From an uncultured virus (IMG/VR IMGVR_UViG_3300027832_001134) (taxonomy: Duplodnaviria > Heunggongvirae > Uroviricota > Caudoviricetes), in IMG/VR virus record IMGVR_UViG_3300027832_001134: DNA of 20,000 nucleotides; one strand, 5' to 3'. Both the position numbers and the translations under genes were made by a program. Shown here in pieces: positions 1 to 7,982 of this stretch. Each line of letters opens with the position of its first letter. Within the stretch, counting starts at the first letter, position 1. The notes under the pieces are model-generated. The model saw nothing but the letters and a program-made list of their open reading frames with translations, was not told the DNA's origin and ran no database searches.

Positions 1-692
1 GTGTTGAGATAGGTCTCGCGCACCTCCTTATGGGCGATGAGATCGGCGAAGAAAGCTGAGCCACATTCCGCGCGGACCTGCACAGCCCCGGCCGCGAGCC
101 CGCCCATGCTGTCCTCGACGCTTTCGATCAGCGCCTGGCAGCGTTTGCGCAGCGCGCCTGAGCCCGGGGTCGCATTGTCCAGATCGAAGTCGATCTCGGT
201 GGCGGGCGTGATGGCGAACTCGGTGAAGTAGTTGATCACCGTGGCGCTGTCCTTGGGATCCTTCACGATGCCCTGAATGCCGTTCAGCAGGTGATATTCG
301 AACGTCGCCTCCGCATCCTGGCGCAAACGGCCGAGCTTTCGGGCGACCTCGCTTTGCACTTGCTGGGTGGCACTTTCCGAGCCGAAGTCGCGGATCCCCT
401 GGATTTCAGACGCCCAGAGCACGTCCTGCTTCTTGAACTGGCGGCAGACAAAGGCGCGCATGTCGCGACGCTCCGGCACCTGTTGCTCGGCCGCCGAGCC
501 GCGTTCGGAGAACGGGATCAGCGACAGCGTGCCGTCCCGGCTCTCGATCACGACGGTGCGCGAGCGCACGCCGCGCGGCGAGAACAGGCTGGCGCCCGAC
601 AGGATCGCGGGCTTGAAGGGGATGTTTTCCAGAGCACGGGTGAGTTCGATGATGGTGAAGGCATCGCCTTCGAAGATATCCATGGTGGTCAT
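1..692 (-). CDS. Major capsid protein, lambda gpE-like family (3' end runs off window)
   Basis: Absent from the ORF track because it has no stop in the window. Hand translation from ATG 692: MTTMDIFEGDAFTIIELTRALENIPFKPAILSGASLFSPRGVRSRTVVIESRDGTLSLIPFSERG...EATFEYHLLNGIQG...HKEVRETYLN, open to the window edge. AGGAGG SD at 700-705 (minus). Follows the decoration gene in lambda order. Confidence 0.9.
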   Translation of the reverse strand, partial: MTTMDIFEGDAFTIIELTRALENIPFKPAILSGASLFSPRGVRSRTVVIESRDGTLSLIPFSERGSAAEQQVPERRDMRAFVCRQFKKQDVLWASEIQGIRDFGSESATQQVQSEVARKLGRLRQDAEATFEYHLLNGIQGIVKDPKDSATVINYFTEFAITPATEIDFDLDNATPGSGALRKRCQALIESVEDSMGGLAAGAVQVRAECGSAFFADLIAHKEVRETYLN

Positions 693-717
693 GGGAATGC
701 CTCCTTTGAGGGTTTGA

Positions 718-1083
718 TCAGCGGACGAGGATGCCGACCGCCAGCAGCGCGGCATGGGCGGCGGTGATTTCGCCCTCGCTGGGGGTGCCGACAAAGACGA
801 GATCATGGCGATTGACGATGGCCGGGCCGCGAACCAGCGCAACGGCTGGCACATCGCCGCCTGTGGCGTCGGCCTTGCCCCAGAGCACCGCCACGGCGGT
901 TTCAGTACCGTCGACGGCGGCGGGATCATGGGCGGCGTATTTGCCAGACGCGGTGATCTTGCCCAGCACGGTGCCCGGATCGAGCTTGCCGGACGCAACG
1001 GTGATGGTTTCGCGAGTGTAGTCGCGGAAGGCTTCCCAGACGAGGAAGCCTCCGGGATGGGTGGTCTCGGTGAGCGTGGTCAC
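718..1083 (-). CDS. Head decoration protein (lambda gpD-like)
   Basis: 121 aa with GTVLGKITASGKY...DGTETAVAVL signature; lies between protease and major capsid; GTG start. Confidence 0.88.
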   Translation of the reverse strand: MTTLTETTHPGGFLVWEAFRDYTRETITVASGKLDPGTVLGKITASGKYAAHDPAAVDGTETAVAVLWGKADATGGDVPAVALVRGPAIVNRHDLVFVGTPSEGEITAAHAALLAVGILVR

Positions 1084-1087
1084 GTGG

Positions 1088-2170
1088 TTATCCTTTCAGC
1101 TTGAAGGTACGGGCGACGATCTCGCCCCAGGGGCGGGCCGTCGTGGTCCGGCCGGGTTGTGCGTGATGGGCTGTGATCTCGGGTTCGGCCTCGGCTTTTG
1201 CCGCCAGAAGGGCCATGCGGACGTCGTCGAGACTGGCGTCCTGTTCGAGGAAGCGCCCGGCCATCTGTGGCTGGCCTGCGAGGCGGCAAAGATCGACGAT
1301 AGCGCGGGCATGGGTGATTGCTTCGGCGCGGATCGCGGCGGGATCGGGCGGTGCGCCATCCGGAGTCGGAATCGGGTCCGAAGGGCTGGGCATGTCGTCG
1401 GTGACACCATACCCCTCGGGCCCAACGAGTGCATCGTCGCTGCCCGCCTCGCCGGTGCCGTCGTCAGGTTCGACATCGTCGTCCAGGATGCTGTCAGTCT
1501 TTGTGCCCGTGTCTTGGCTACTTTCCTCGGGAACGTGCTCCAGTTCGGGCTTAACACCCTCCTGGCCAATGGCTTCCACTGCCTCGACGAGGTCCGGCGG
1601 CGCATTGCGGAACCGACCAATGTCGAAGCGTGCGGCCATTCTGACAGGGTCCGCCAACCGGTCCGCGAAGCCCGCCGCCACCGCATCAGCCGCATCGAAC
1701 CAGGTCTCGGCCGCCATCAGCGCTGCTATCTCGTCATCGGGTTTGCCGGATTTGGCGGCATATCCCCGGACGAGGCTGCCCGCGACCTTGTCGAGCGCCT
1801 CGGCCATGGCGCGCATGTCACCCGCCGTGCCCATTGCCAACCCCGACGGGTCGTGGATCATCAGGAATGCGTTTTCCGGCATGACGATCTCGTCACCCGC
1901 CATGGCGACATAGGACGCGGCAGAGGCGGCAATACCGTCGATCCAGACCGTGACCGTGCCCGCGTGCCGCTTCAGCGCATTGTAGATCGCCACCGCATCG
2001 AAGACTGACCCGCCCGGGCTGTTCAGCCGCAGATCGACCGGCGTCCCGTCGGGCAGTGCGCCGAGTTCGGCAAGGAACCCCTTCGCCGAGACCCCATAGG
2101 CACCGATCTCGTCATAGATCGCCACTTCCGCACCTGTTCCCCGGGCGCGGATCGCATACCAGCTTGTCAT
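1088..2170 (-). CDS. Head maturation protease, ClpP-type, with acidic linker and C-terminal scaffold-like domain
   Basis: IYDEIG, LNSPGGSVFDA, GIAASAAS (catalytic Ser), MIH (His), ETWF motifs. Start moved to ATG 2170 (MTSWYAIR), 4 nt after the portal stop, with AGGAG SD at 2178-2182. Confidence 0.9.
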   Translation of the reverse strand: MTSWYAIRARGTGAEVAIYDEIGAYGVSAKGFLAELGALPDGTPVDLRLNSPGGSVFDAVAIYNALKRHAGTVTVWIDGIAASAASYVAMAGDEIVMPENAFLMIHDPSGLAMGTAGDMRAMAEALDKVAGSLVRGYAAKSGKPDDEIAALMAAETWFDAADAVAAGFADRLADPVRMAARFDIGRFRNAPPDLVEAVEAIGQEGVKPELEHVPEESSQDTGTKTDSILDDDVEPDDGTGEAGSDDALVGPEGYGVTDDMPSPSDPIPTPDGAPPDPAAIRAEAITHARAIVDLCRLAGQPQMAGRFLEQDASLDDVRMALLAAKAEAEPEITAHHAQPGRTTTARPWGEIVARTFKLKG

Positions 2171-2174
2171 ATTG

Positions 2175-3698
2175 TCACTCCTGTTCGGTGGCGGGATCGG
2201 TGGAGGCGGATCCGTCGCCTGTGTCTTCGCCTGTGCCATCTCCAGGATCAGGCCGCGCTGCGGGCGTCGCTCGCGCGCCCTGCGTTTCGCCGGGGCTCGC
2301 GCGGTAGCTCAGCCCCAGATCAGCAACGCGCTTGGCATCCGCCGCATTCTCTCGGTCGACTTCCTCGACGTCATAGCCGGTGGCCTCGACCACCTTGCGG
2401 CGCGAGGTGATGCCCGCTTCCATCGCCAGCACTTGCGCCTGGATGTCCTTCAGCGGGTCGACCCAATCCCAGCGTGGTGGGATCCATTGCACCGGCCGCG
2501 CGACGGCGGGATTGCCGATATCCAGCGCCCCCGACAACACGGCCGTCTCAAGCCAGCGCCGCCAGATCGGCCGACACAGCTGGTGCGCCATCACCCCATG
2601 CTGCAGCTGGCCAATGCGTCGCCGGAACTCGACCAGCTCTGCCCGCAAGCTCGAATAGTTCGCCTGGCGCACATCCCCGGTGACGAGGTGATAGGGCAGC
2701 CCCAGAGAGGCCGAGACCGACAAGAGCGTCCGGTATTGAAACGCCTCATAGCCACCCCCAACATCTGCGGGGCTCGAGAACTTCACATCCTCGCCCGGCA
2801 GCAGCACTTGCATCGTGCCGGGTTCGAGGCTCGCAATGGCGGTGCCAACGAGATCGGCCTCGGCCTCACCCATCATCGGGTCTTCCGGCGCGGTCTTGGT
2901 GATGAACCCCGCAAACATCGCCGCCGTCTTCTTCCGGTCCAGTTCAGCGTCGTCGTACTGGTCCAGCAGAAACAGCCGCACCATCGCGGGTGCCACATGC
3001 GGCAGGCCGCGGATCTGGCCCGCATCAATGGGCCGGTAAATGTGAAGCACATCCTCGGCGGGCACGCGCACCGTCTCCGGGATCACCGCCCCCTGATCGG
3101 TGGTGTCGCCCGGATGGCGACGACGGAAGTGATAGGCCACCCTGCGGCCGATGCCGTCAAATTCAATCCCGCAGCGCATGCGATTGCCATTTGCCACGGT
3201 CTCGGTCTTCTCGAACGGCAGCATCTCCGACTGCAGGAGCTGCAGTTGCAGCGGCACCAGCAGACCATCTTCAGACCGGCGAGGCCGCAGCCGGACAAAG
3301 CATTCGCCTGCAACAAACATCTCGCGCGCGACCATGGCTTGCAGGCCGTAGAAGTCCGTCAGACCGTCGGCATCCGCCTCGTCGGTCCAAGCAAGCCAGA
3401 GCTGCTGAATACTGTCACGCAATGCCGCATCCGCGATCAGTGACGAGGGCTTGATCCCGTCACCGATCATGTTCGACGCAAATGCCTCGCAGGCATTGGC
3501 GGCATAGCCGTTGGTGACGACCAGTTCCCGCGACCGCGCCAGCAAACGCGGGCCGCCCGATGCCACCAGCGAATTGATGTTCTCTAGCGGCGGGTTCCAG
3601 CCGCGAAGCCGCCGCCGGGCCATCGCGCCTTCGAGGCGCGCGGTCACAGCAGCGGGACCGCCGGGACCCCGGCGGCGAAAGCGATCGAACATGCCCAT
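2175..3698 (-). CDS. Portal protein, lambda family
   Basis: 507 aa with LARSRELV.TNGYAA, GQIRGLP, VTGDVRQANYSSLRAELVEFRR and WVDPLKD motifs; located after gpW. Confidence 0.95.
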   Translation of the reverse strand: MGMFDRFRRRGPGGPAAVTARLEGAMARRRLRGWNPPLENINSLVASGGPRLLARSRELVVTNGYAANACEAFASNMIGDGIKPSSLIADAALRDSIQQLWLAWTDEADADGLTDFYGLQAMVAREMFVAGECFVRLRPRRSEDGLLVPLQLQLLQSEMLPFEKTETVANGNRMRCGIEFDGIGRRVAYHFRRRHPGDTTDQGAVIPETVRVPAEDVLHIYRPIDAGQIRGLPHVAPAMVRLFLLDQYDDAELDRKKTAAMFAGFITKTAPEDPMMGEAEADLVGTAIASLEPGTMQVLLPGEDVKFSSPADVGGGYEAFQYRTLLSVSASLGLPYHLVTGDVRQANYSSLRAELVEFRRRIGQLQHGVMAHQLCRPIWRRWLETAVLSGALDIGNPAVARPVQWIPPRWDWVDPLKDIQAQVLAMEAGITSRRKVVEATGYDVEEVDRENAADAKRVADLGLSYRASPGETQGARATPAARPDPGDGTGEDTGDGSASTDPATEQE

Positions 3699-3701
3699 GA
3701 A

Positions 3702-3917
3702 TCAGAGACCCTTCGTCGTCGTCACACGCACCTGCCGAACGATCCGACGACCCTCGGCAACCGCGATCTCGCGGCCAAGCGCCTCGATGGCCCGGTCAAT
3801 CTCCGCGACGCTGCGATAGTCCACCGTCTTTCCGTCGTAACTGACACGCGCCACGCCAGAGGAACGCTGAACGGCCAACGCCTCGCGGCGGGCACGGAGC
3901 TCGGCAATCGTAGACAT
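3702..3917 (-). CDS. Head-tail joining protein (lambda gpW-like)
   Basis: About 71 aa, SGVARVSYDGKTVDYRSVAEIDRAI pattern, between terL and portal; ATG at 3917. Confidence 0.85.
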   Translation of the reverse strand: MSTIAELRARREALAVQRSSGVARVSYDGKTVDYRSVAEIDRAIEALGREIAVAEGRRIVRQVRVTTTKGL

Positions 3918-3921
3918 CAAT

Positions 3922-5859
3922 TCACCTCATGTAGCTTGAGCGCACGGTTCGCCGCTGTGGTCCCGCGCGCCGAGAGGCGGGCGTCGTGTTTCCCGCCCCG
4001 TCTTCCGCCATGTCCTCCGCCGTGATCCCGACCTGTGCTTCCAGATCGGCCCAACGCGCCTCAGACCAGCGATCGGCCCCAAGGATCCAGGCGGCTGCCC
4101 GGGCATAGACGCGACAATCCAGAGCTTCATTGCGTTCGCGCAGCTTCTGCCATTCGAGCCGGGCAAAGCCGCGTTTGGTGCGCACCGTGATCAGTTGTTC
4201 GGCCGTGAATTGCTTCAGCCACTCGCCGTCCGCCCAGTTTGGCAGATGGATCGTTCCGGGCGGGCAAAGATGCCCAGCCTCGACTTCCTCCCGTGTCGGC
4301 CGGTCCTGGCGCAAATAGCGATAGGTCTCGGTCTTGAAGGTCGAGGTGGCGACCGTCCAAAGCCGCGCCCCGCGCCGCAGCCGTTTGCCTGCGATGGTCG
4401 CGTCCACATACGTCGGGCCAGTGACCGGGCTCGAACGGTTGAACCCCTCGACGCCTTTGACCGGAGCCACCTGCGCGAAGCCGACCTGTCGCGACCAGCC
4501 ATAGACAGCGCTGGTCTCATATCCAGTGTCGATGGCCAGCCGTGCCAATGTCATCTTCTGACCAGAGGCATGCTCCCATGTCTGCCCGAGCAAATTGGTC
4601 AGTTGCTGCCAGCACGCCGGGTCGCCGGGCCCACCCTCAATGACCAGGTGCTCGATCAGCCAACTCTCCAGCCCGCGGCCCCAGGCCCAGACATCGACTT
4701 CGATGCGATCCTTCTGAACATCCGCTCCCGCAGTCAGGAACAGACCGCCTGTTGGCACAGCGCCAGCATTCCAGGTCTCGCGCTGGTCCGCCAAGCGCTG
4801 CCAGTCCGGGGCTTCGCCGGTTTCGACCCAAGTCTCGCCGAGGATCGTGTTGCGAAACGCCTTGATCGCCTCGTTCGACCCTTGGGCCGCATCCCATGCC
4901 CGCACGATCCGCTCCCAACTCAGCCAGCCGATCGGCGAATAGAGCGCCGAGAGGTGATAGCCGACGGTGCCGGGATCGGCGGCCGTTGCGGTTGCGCGCC
5001 ATTCGCCTGCCTGCAGCATCGCCGTCTTGTTGTGTTCGGCGATGGGCGTCTCGCAGCCCTCGCAGTGATATTCTGCCGTCTCCGGACGGCCCTTCTGCCA
5101 ACGCAGCCGCTCGAACTTCAGCCACTGTTCCTGACCGCAATGCGGGCATGGCACGAAAAACCGCCGCTGGTCGCTCGCCTCGAACTCTCGCTCGATCCGG
5201 CTCAGCCCCCGGATTGTCGGGGTCGAGACCAGAAACACCTTGCGCCGATGGGCAAATGTCAGCGACCGCGCTTCGGCCAGCGTAACCGGATCGCCTTCGT
5301 CGTCAGCGGAGGCCGGATAGGCGTCGACCTCATCGAGGAAGATGTAGCGCGCCGGCGTGGACCGCAGGCCGACCGCCGAGTTCGCCCCGGTCATGATCAG
5401 GATGCCACCCGCGAATTCCTTCGACAGCATGGTGTTACCCGCGTCGCGCGAACGGGCCGGTTTGACCCGTTCGCGTAGTTCCGGGCTTTCATCGATCAGC
5501 GGATCGATCCGCTGCCGCGAGTTGCGTTTCGCCAGTTCTACCGTCGGCTGGACCGCCAGCATCGGGCCCGGTGCCTGGTGGATCGCAAAGCCGATCCAGT
5601 TGTTGCCAGCTTCCGTTGCGCCAACCTGCGCCGCCTTCATGAACACGATCCGCTGCGTTGGATCGCCGGGCGACAGCCGGTCCATGATCTCGGCCATGTA
5701 GGGCGTGCGCGCCGTACGGTATCGGCCCGGTTCGGCCGAAGCGCGGCCGGAAAGCATTCGGTGCCGGTCCGCCCATTCGGAAACGGTCAGGTCCGGATCG
5801 GGCGTGAGGCCCGCGCCCCAAGCACGCAGGATCTCTGCCGAGCCGTCAAAATCCGGCAT
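3922..5859 (-). CDS. terL: Terminase large subunit, lambda gpA family
   Basis: KAAQVGATE (Walker A), IFLDEVD (Walker B), VSTPT, CPHC...CEGC Zn motif, GADVQKDRIE nuclease motif, RNEALDCRVYA. Start uncertain: ATG 5859 just after the terS stop, or ATG 5922. Confidence 0.95.
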   Translation of the reverse strand: MPDFDGSAEILRAWGAGLTPDPDLTVSEWADRHRMLSGRASAEPGRYRTARTPYMAEIMDRLSPGDPTQRIVFMKAAQVGATEAGNNWIGFAIHQAPGPMLAVQPTVELAKRNSRQRIDPLIDESPELRERVKPARSRDAGNTMLSKEFAGGILIMTGANSAVGLRSTPARYIFLDEVDAYPASADDEGDPVTLAEARSLTFAHRRKVFLVSTPTIRGLSRIEREFEASDQRRFFVPCPHCGQEQWLKFERLRWQKGRPETAEYHCEGCETPIAEHNKTAMLQAGEWRATATAADPGTVGYHLSALYSPIGWLSWERIVRAWDAAQGSNEAIKAFRNTILGETWVETGEAPDWQRLADQRETWNAGAVPTGGLFLTAGADVQKDRIEVDVWAWGRGLESWLIEHLVIEGGPGDPACWQQLTNLLGQTWEHASGQKMTLARLAIDTGYETSAVYGWSRQVGFAQVAPVKGVEGFNRSSPVTGPTYVDATIAGKRLRRGARLWTVATSTFKTETYRYLRQDRPTREEVEAGHLCPPGTIHLPNWADGEWLKQFTAEQLITVRTKRGFARLEWQKLRERNEALDCRVYARAAAWILGADRWSEARWADLEAQVGITAEDMAEDGAGNTTPASRRAGPQRRTVRSSYMR

Positions 5860-5869
5860 ATCGTCGGCA

Positions 5870-6430
5870 TCACCGGAGATCGGGTTTGACCTCGGCAAGA
5901 TCGTCGAGCTGGGCACGGACATGTTTCTCCAGAACCTTTTGCATTGCGGCGGGCTCGACGCCCAGATCGGCCGCCATCAGCGCAGCAGCTCGCGACGGCC
6001 AGTTGACCCAGACATCGCGCTCCTGCCGCGCCAGCCGGAACACCAGCGACAACGCGCGGGCCCGGTCAATCAGCTCGCCTTTCAGCTTCTGTAGCCGGAG
6101 GCGCCGTTCCTGCGCCTTCAGCACTTCGTTCGCCGTCTTGGCCTGCAGGAACGTGGTGCCGCTGCCGATTTGTGGCGCCGCTAACCCCTGTTCACGGAGC
6201 GTCTCGCCGACTGCGGACACTGCCGCCTCCGGGACAGGCTTGAGTTTTGGCTGCGGCGCTTTCCGGGTCTTCGACGGATCGGTCGCTTCGGCGCGCAAGG
6301 CATCGCTGGCCACCGCGTCAATGCTGCCATCGCCGTACAGAACCAGCCGCCCTGTCGCTTTGGCCTTCTGGATTGCACCACGTGAAAGGCCGACGCGGGC
6401 GGCATACTGGCGCTCGCTCAGACCCTCCAT
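5870..6430 (-). CDS. terS: Terminase small subunit (Nu1-like)
   Basis: N-terminal HTH (LSERQYAARVGLSRGAIQKA), coiled coil ending LQKLKGELIDR, directly upstream of terL; GGAG SD at 6437-6440 (minus). Confidence 0.8.
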   Translation of the reverse strand: MEGLSERQYAARVGLSRGAIQKAKATGRLVLYGDGSIDAVASDALRAEATDPSKTRKAPQPKLKPVPEAAVSAVGETLREQGLAAPQIGSGTTFLQAKTANEVLKAQERRLRLQKLKGELIDRARALSLVFRLARQERDVWVNWPSRAAALMAADLGVEPAAMQKVLEKHVRAQLDDLAEVKPDLR

Positions 6431-6541
6431 TGCGTGCTCCGATTATCATTCAAAATCATGTGCTTATGTAGTTGATAAGCCTCCGTGCCAGAGCGAACGT
6501 GATCTCAAGAAAAAGATGCAACTCACCAAGGAGCAGCCACG

Positions 6542-6811
6542 ATGACCCGCCTGAACCCGCAGACAACGCTCCGCCATCAACTGCGCGCCGAGAAGGCTGC
6601 GCGGAACAATGAAGCAGCGCTTAGCGCCTTCATGGGCAAGAAAGCCGAGATCGACGAGATGCTCGCCCGCTTGTCGAGCCTGAGCGACGACCACTTCAAC
6701 GCCCACCCCGACGAGACCAACTGGGGCCATGTCGGCACCCTTGAGCATTACGCCAGCCTCTTGAAGCGCATCACCGACAGCGCCTTCAGCGAAGGCGAGC
6801 ACGCGGAGTAA
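6542..6811 (+). CDS. Hypothetical phage protein (89 aa)
   Basis: AAGGAG SD upstream; helical protein with DDHFNAHPDETNWGHVGTL segment; first gene of the plus-strand cassette. Confidence 0.75.
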   Translation: MTRLNPQTTLRHQLRAEKAARNNEAALSAFMGKKAEIDEMLARLSSLSDDHFNAHPDETNWGHVGTLEHYASLLKRITDSAFSEGEHAE

Positions 6812-6816
6812 GCGCC

Positions 6817-7035
6817 ATGGAAACCAGTACTATCCGCATTGCCATTCGTAAGCTGCCCGATCATTTCGACCGAAGCCGTATCACCACGGTCCTCGACAAA
6901 ATCGAAAGCGCCCTGATGGACGACGGCGGCGTTTATGTCCGCGCCTATGCCGACAGCATGACGATTACCATCGAGGTTCCGACCAGCCAGCTGATTGATG
7001 CGGCAACCAGCCTGAAAGACCTCGACCTGATCTGA
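6817..7035 (+). CDS. Hypothetical protein (72 aa)
   Basis: GGAG SD in the end of the preceding gene, 5-nt spacing, normal globular composition. Confidence 0.7.
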   Translation: METSTIRIAIRKLPDHFDRSRITTVLDKIESALMDDGGVYVRAYADSMTITIEVPTSQLIDAATSLKDLDLI

Positions 7036-7126
7036 ACCGTGCAACCGCGCAGACCTGCCCCGTATGCGCGGGGCTCGTCCCGGTAGAAGGGTCGCATTCC
7101 GCGCCCCCGATGACCGGAGACAACCA

Positions 7127-7642
7127 ATGACCCAGATCCAGCTGTCCGACCCACAAGCCATCATCCTGTCCGCCGCCTGCGCGCGGGAAGACGGTGCAGT
7201 GTTCCCCGTCACCGCAAGCCTCAAGGGCGGCGCTGTTGGCAATGTCTGCAAGAGCCTCCTGAAGAAGGGGCTCCTCGAGGAGATTGAAGCCACGGACCTG
7301 AACACGGTCTGGCGGCACGACGAAAAGCGCGGGCCGATAACCCTGCGTTCCACGTCGCTGGCTTACAGCGCCCTCGGGATCACCAACGAACCGAACGAAA
7401 GTGCCCCCACCGATAGCGCAAGCGAACCCGTCCAGCGTCGAAATGGGACCAAACAGGCAAAGCTGATCGAGATGCTCCGCGCTGAGGGCGGCGCGACCAT
7501 CGAGGAAATCATGGTCGCAACCGGATGGCAGTCACATACGATTCGTGGTGCCATGTCCGGCGCGCTGAAAAAGAAGCTCGGGCTTGAGGTCACCTCAGAA
7601 AAGACAGAGGAACGTGGACGCATCTATCGGATTGAAGACTGA
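7127..7642 (+). CDS. DUF3489 domain (winged-helix-like) protein
   Basis: C-terminal GTKQAKLIEMLRAEGGATIEEIMVATGWQSHTIRGAMSGALKKKLGL...RIYRI matches the DUF3489 pattern. Start at ATG 7127 with GGAGA SD at 7116-7120. Confidence 0.85.
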   Translation: MTQIQLSDPQAIILSAACAREDGAVFPVTASLKGGAVGNVCKSLLKKGLLEEIEATDLNTVWRHDEKRGPITLRSTSLAYSALGITNEPNESAPTDSASEPVQRRNGTKQAKLIEMLRAEGGATIEEIMVATGWQSHTIRGAMSGALKKKLGLEVTSEKTEERGRIYRIED

Positions 7643-7944
7643 TCCCGCCCTGCTGCACCGCTGAAATACCGGCGGTAGGGAAGTCGATGCCGAACAGAGC
7701 CGTCGCTCCTCATGGGCGGCGGCTTTGTCGTTTTGACCCGGATTGCCTCGAATAGCCGCCGTAGCACATAGGACCGCGCTATGCTCACCACCGTGAACAC
7801 CGCGCCCATTTTCAGGTTCTGCGCCAGCGTTGTGTGTAGCCCGAAGATCGGGAAGATCAGGATTTGTGTAGCGACGGCGACGCCGTAGCCCACGATCACA
7901 TTGGCGACGGACTCCACCAGCGACATGAGGCGCGACTGCTTCAT
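7624..7944 (-). CDS. Small two-TM membrane protein (DUF7220-like), possibly with an extended C-terminus
   Basis: MKQSRLMSLVESVANVIVGYGVAVATQILIFPIFG...FTVVSIARSYVLRRLFE; two hydrophobic segments; GAGGTGG SD. Confidence 0.75.
   Translation of the reverse strand: MKQSRLMSLVESVANVIVGYGVAVATQILIFPIFGLHTTLAQNLKMGAVFTVVSIARSYVLRRLFEAIRVKTTKPPPMRSDGSVRHRLPYRRYFSGAAGRDQSSIR
7698..7734 (+). terminator. Probable intrinsic terminator of the plus-strand cassette
   Basis: Stem AGCCGTCGCTC / GGGCGGCGGCT (with G-U pairs), loop CTCAT, followed by TTGTCGTTTT, about 55 nt after the DUF3489 stop. Confidence 0.55.
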
Positions 7945-7982
7945 GCCACCACCTCATCCATCGGCCACCACCTCATCCATCG
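7945..7982. repeat. Perfect 19-bp tandem duplication
   Basis: GCCACCACCTCATCCATCG at 7945-7963 and again at 7964-7982. Confidence 0.95.

Noticed and set aside
1061..5478. Long plus-strand ORFs (1061-2008, 1173-1913, 2172-3443, 4195-5478)
   Set aside because: Antisense shadows of the protease, portal and terminase genes in high-GC DNA; no motifs or credible SDs.
1..6430. Gene transfer agent head cluster
   Set aside because: Lambda gpA-type terminase, lambda-type portal, cos site and a linked replication module indicate a true phage rather than an RcGTA-like element.
7050..7125. Self-cleaving ribozyme or kink-turn assignment for the DUF3489 leader
   Set aside because: I could not match the required conserved cores by eye; kept only as an unassigned structure.
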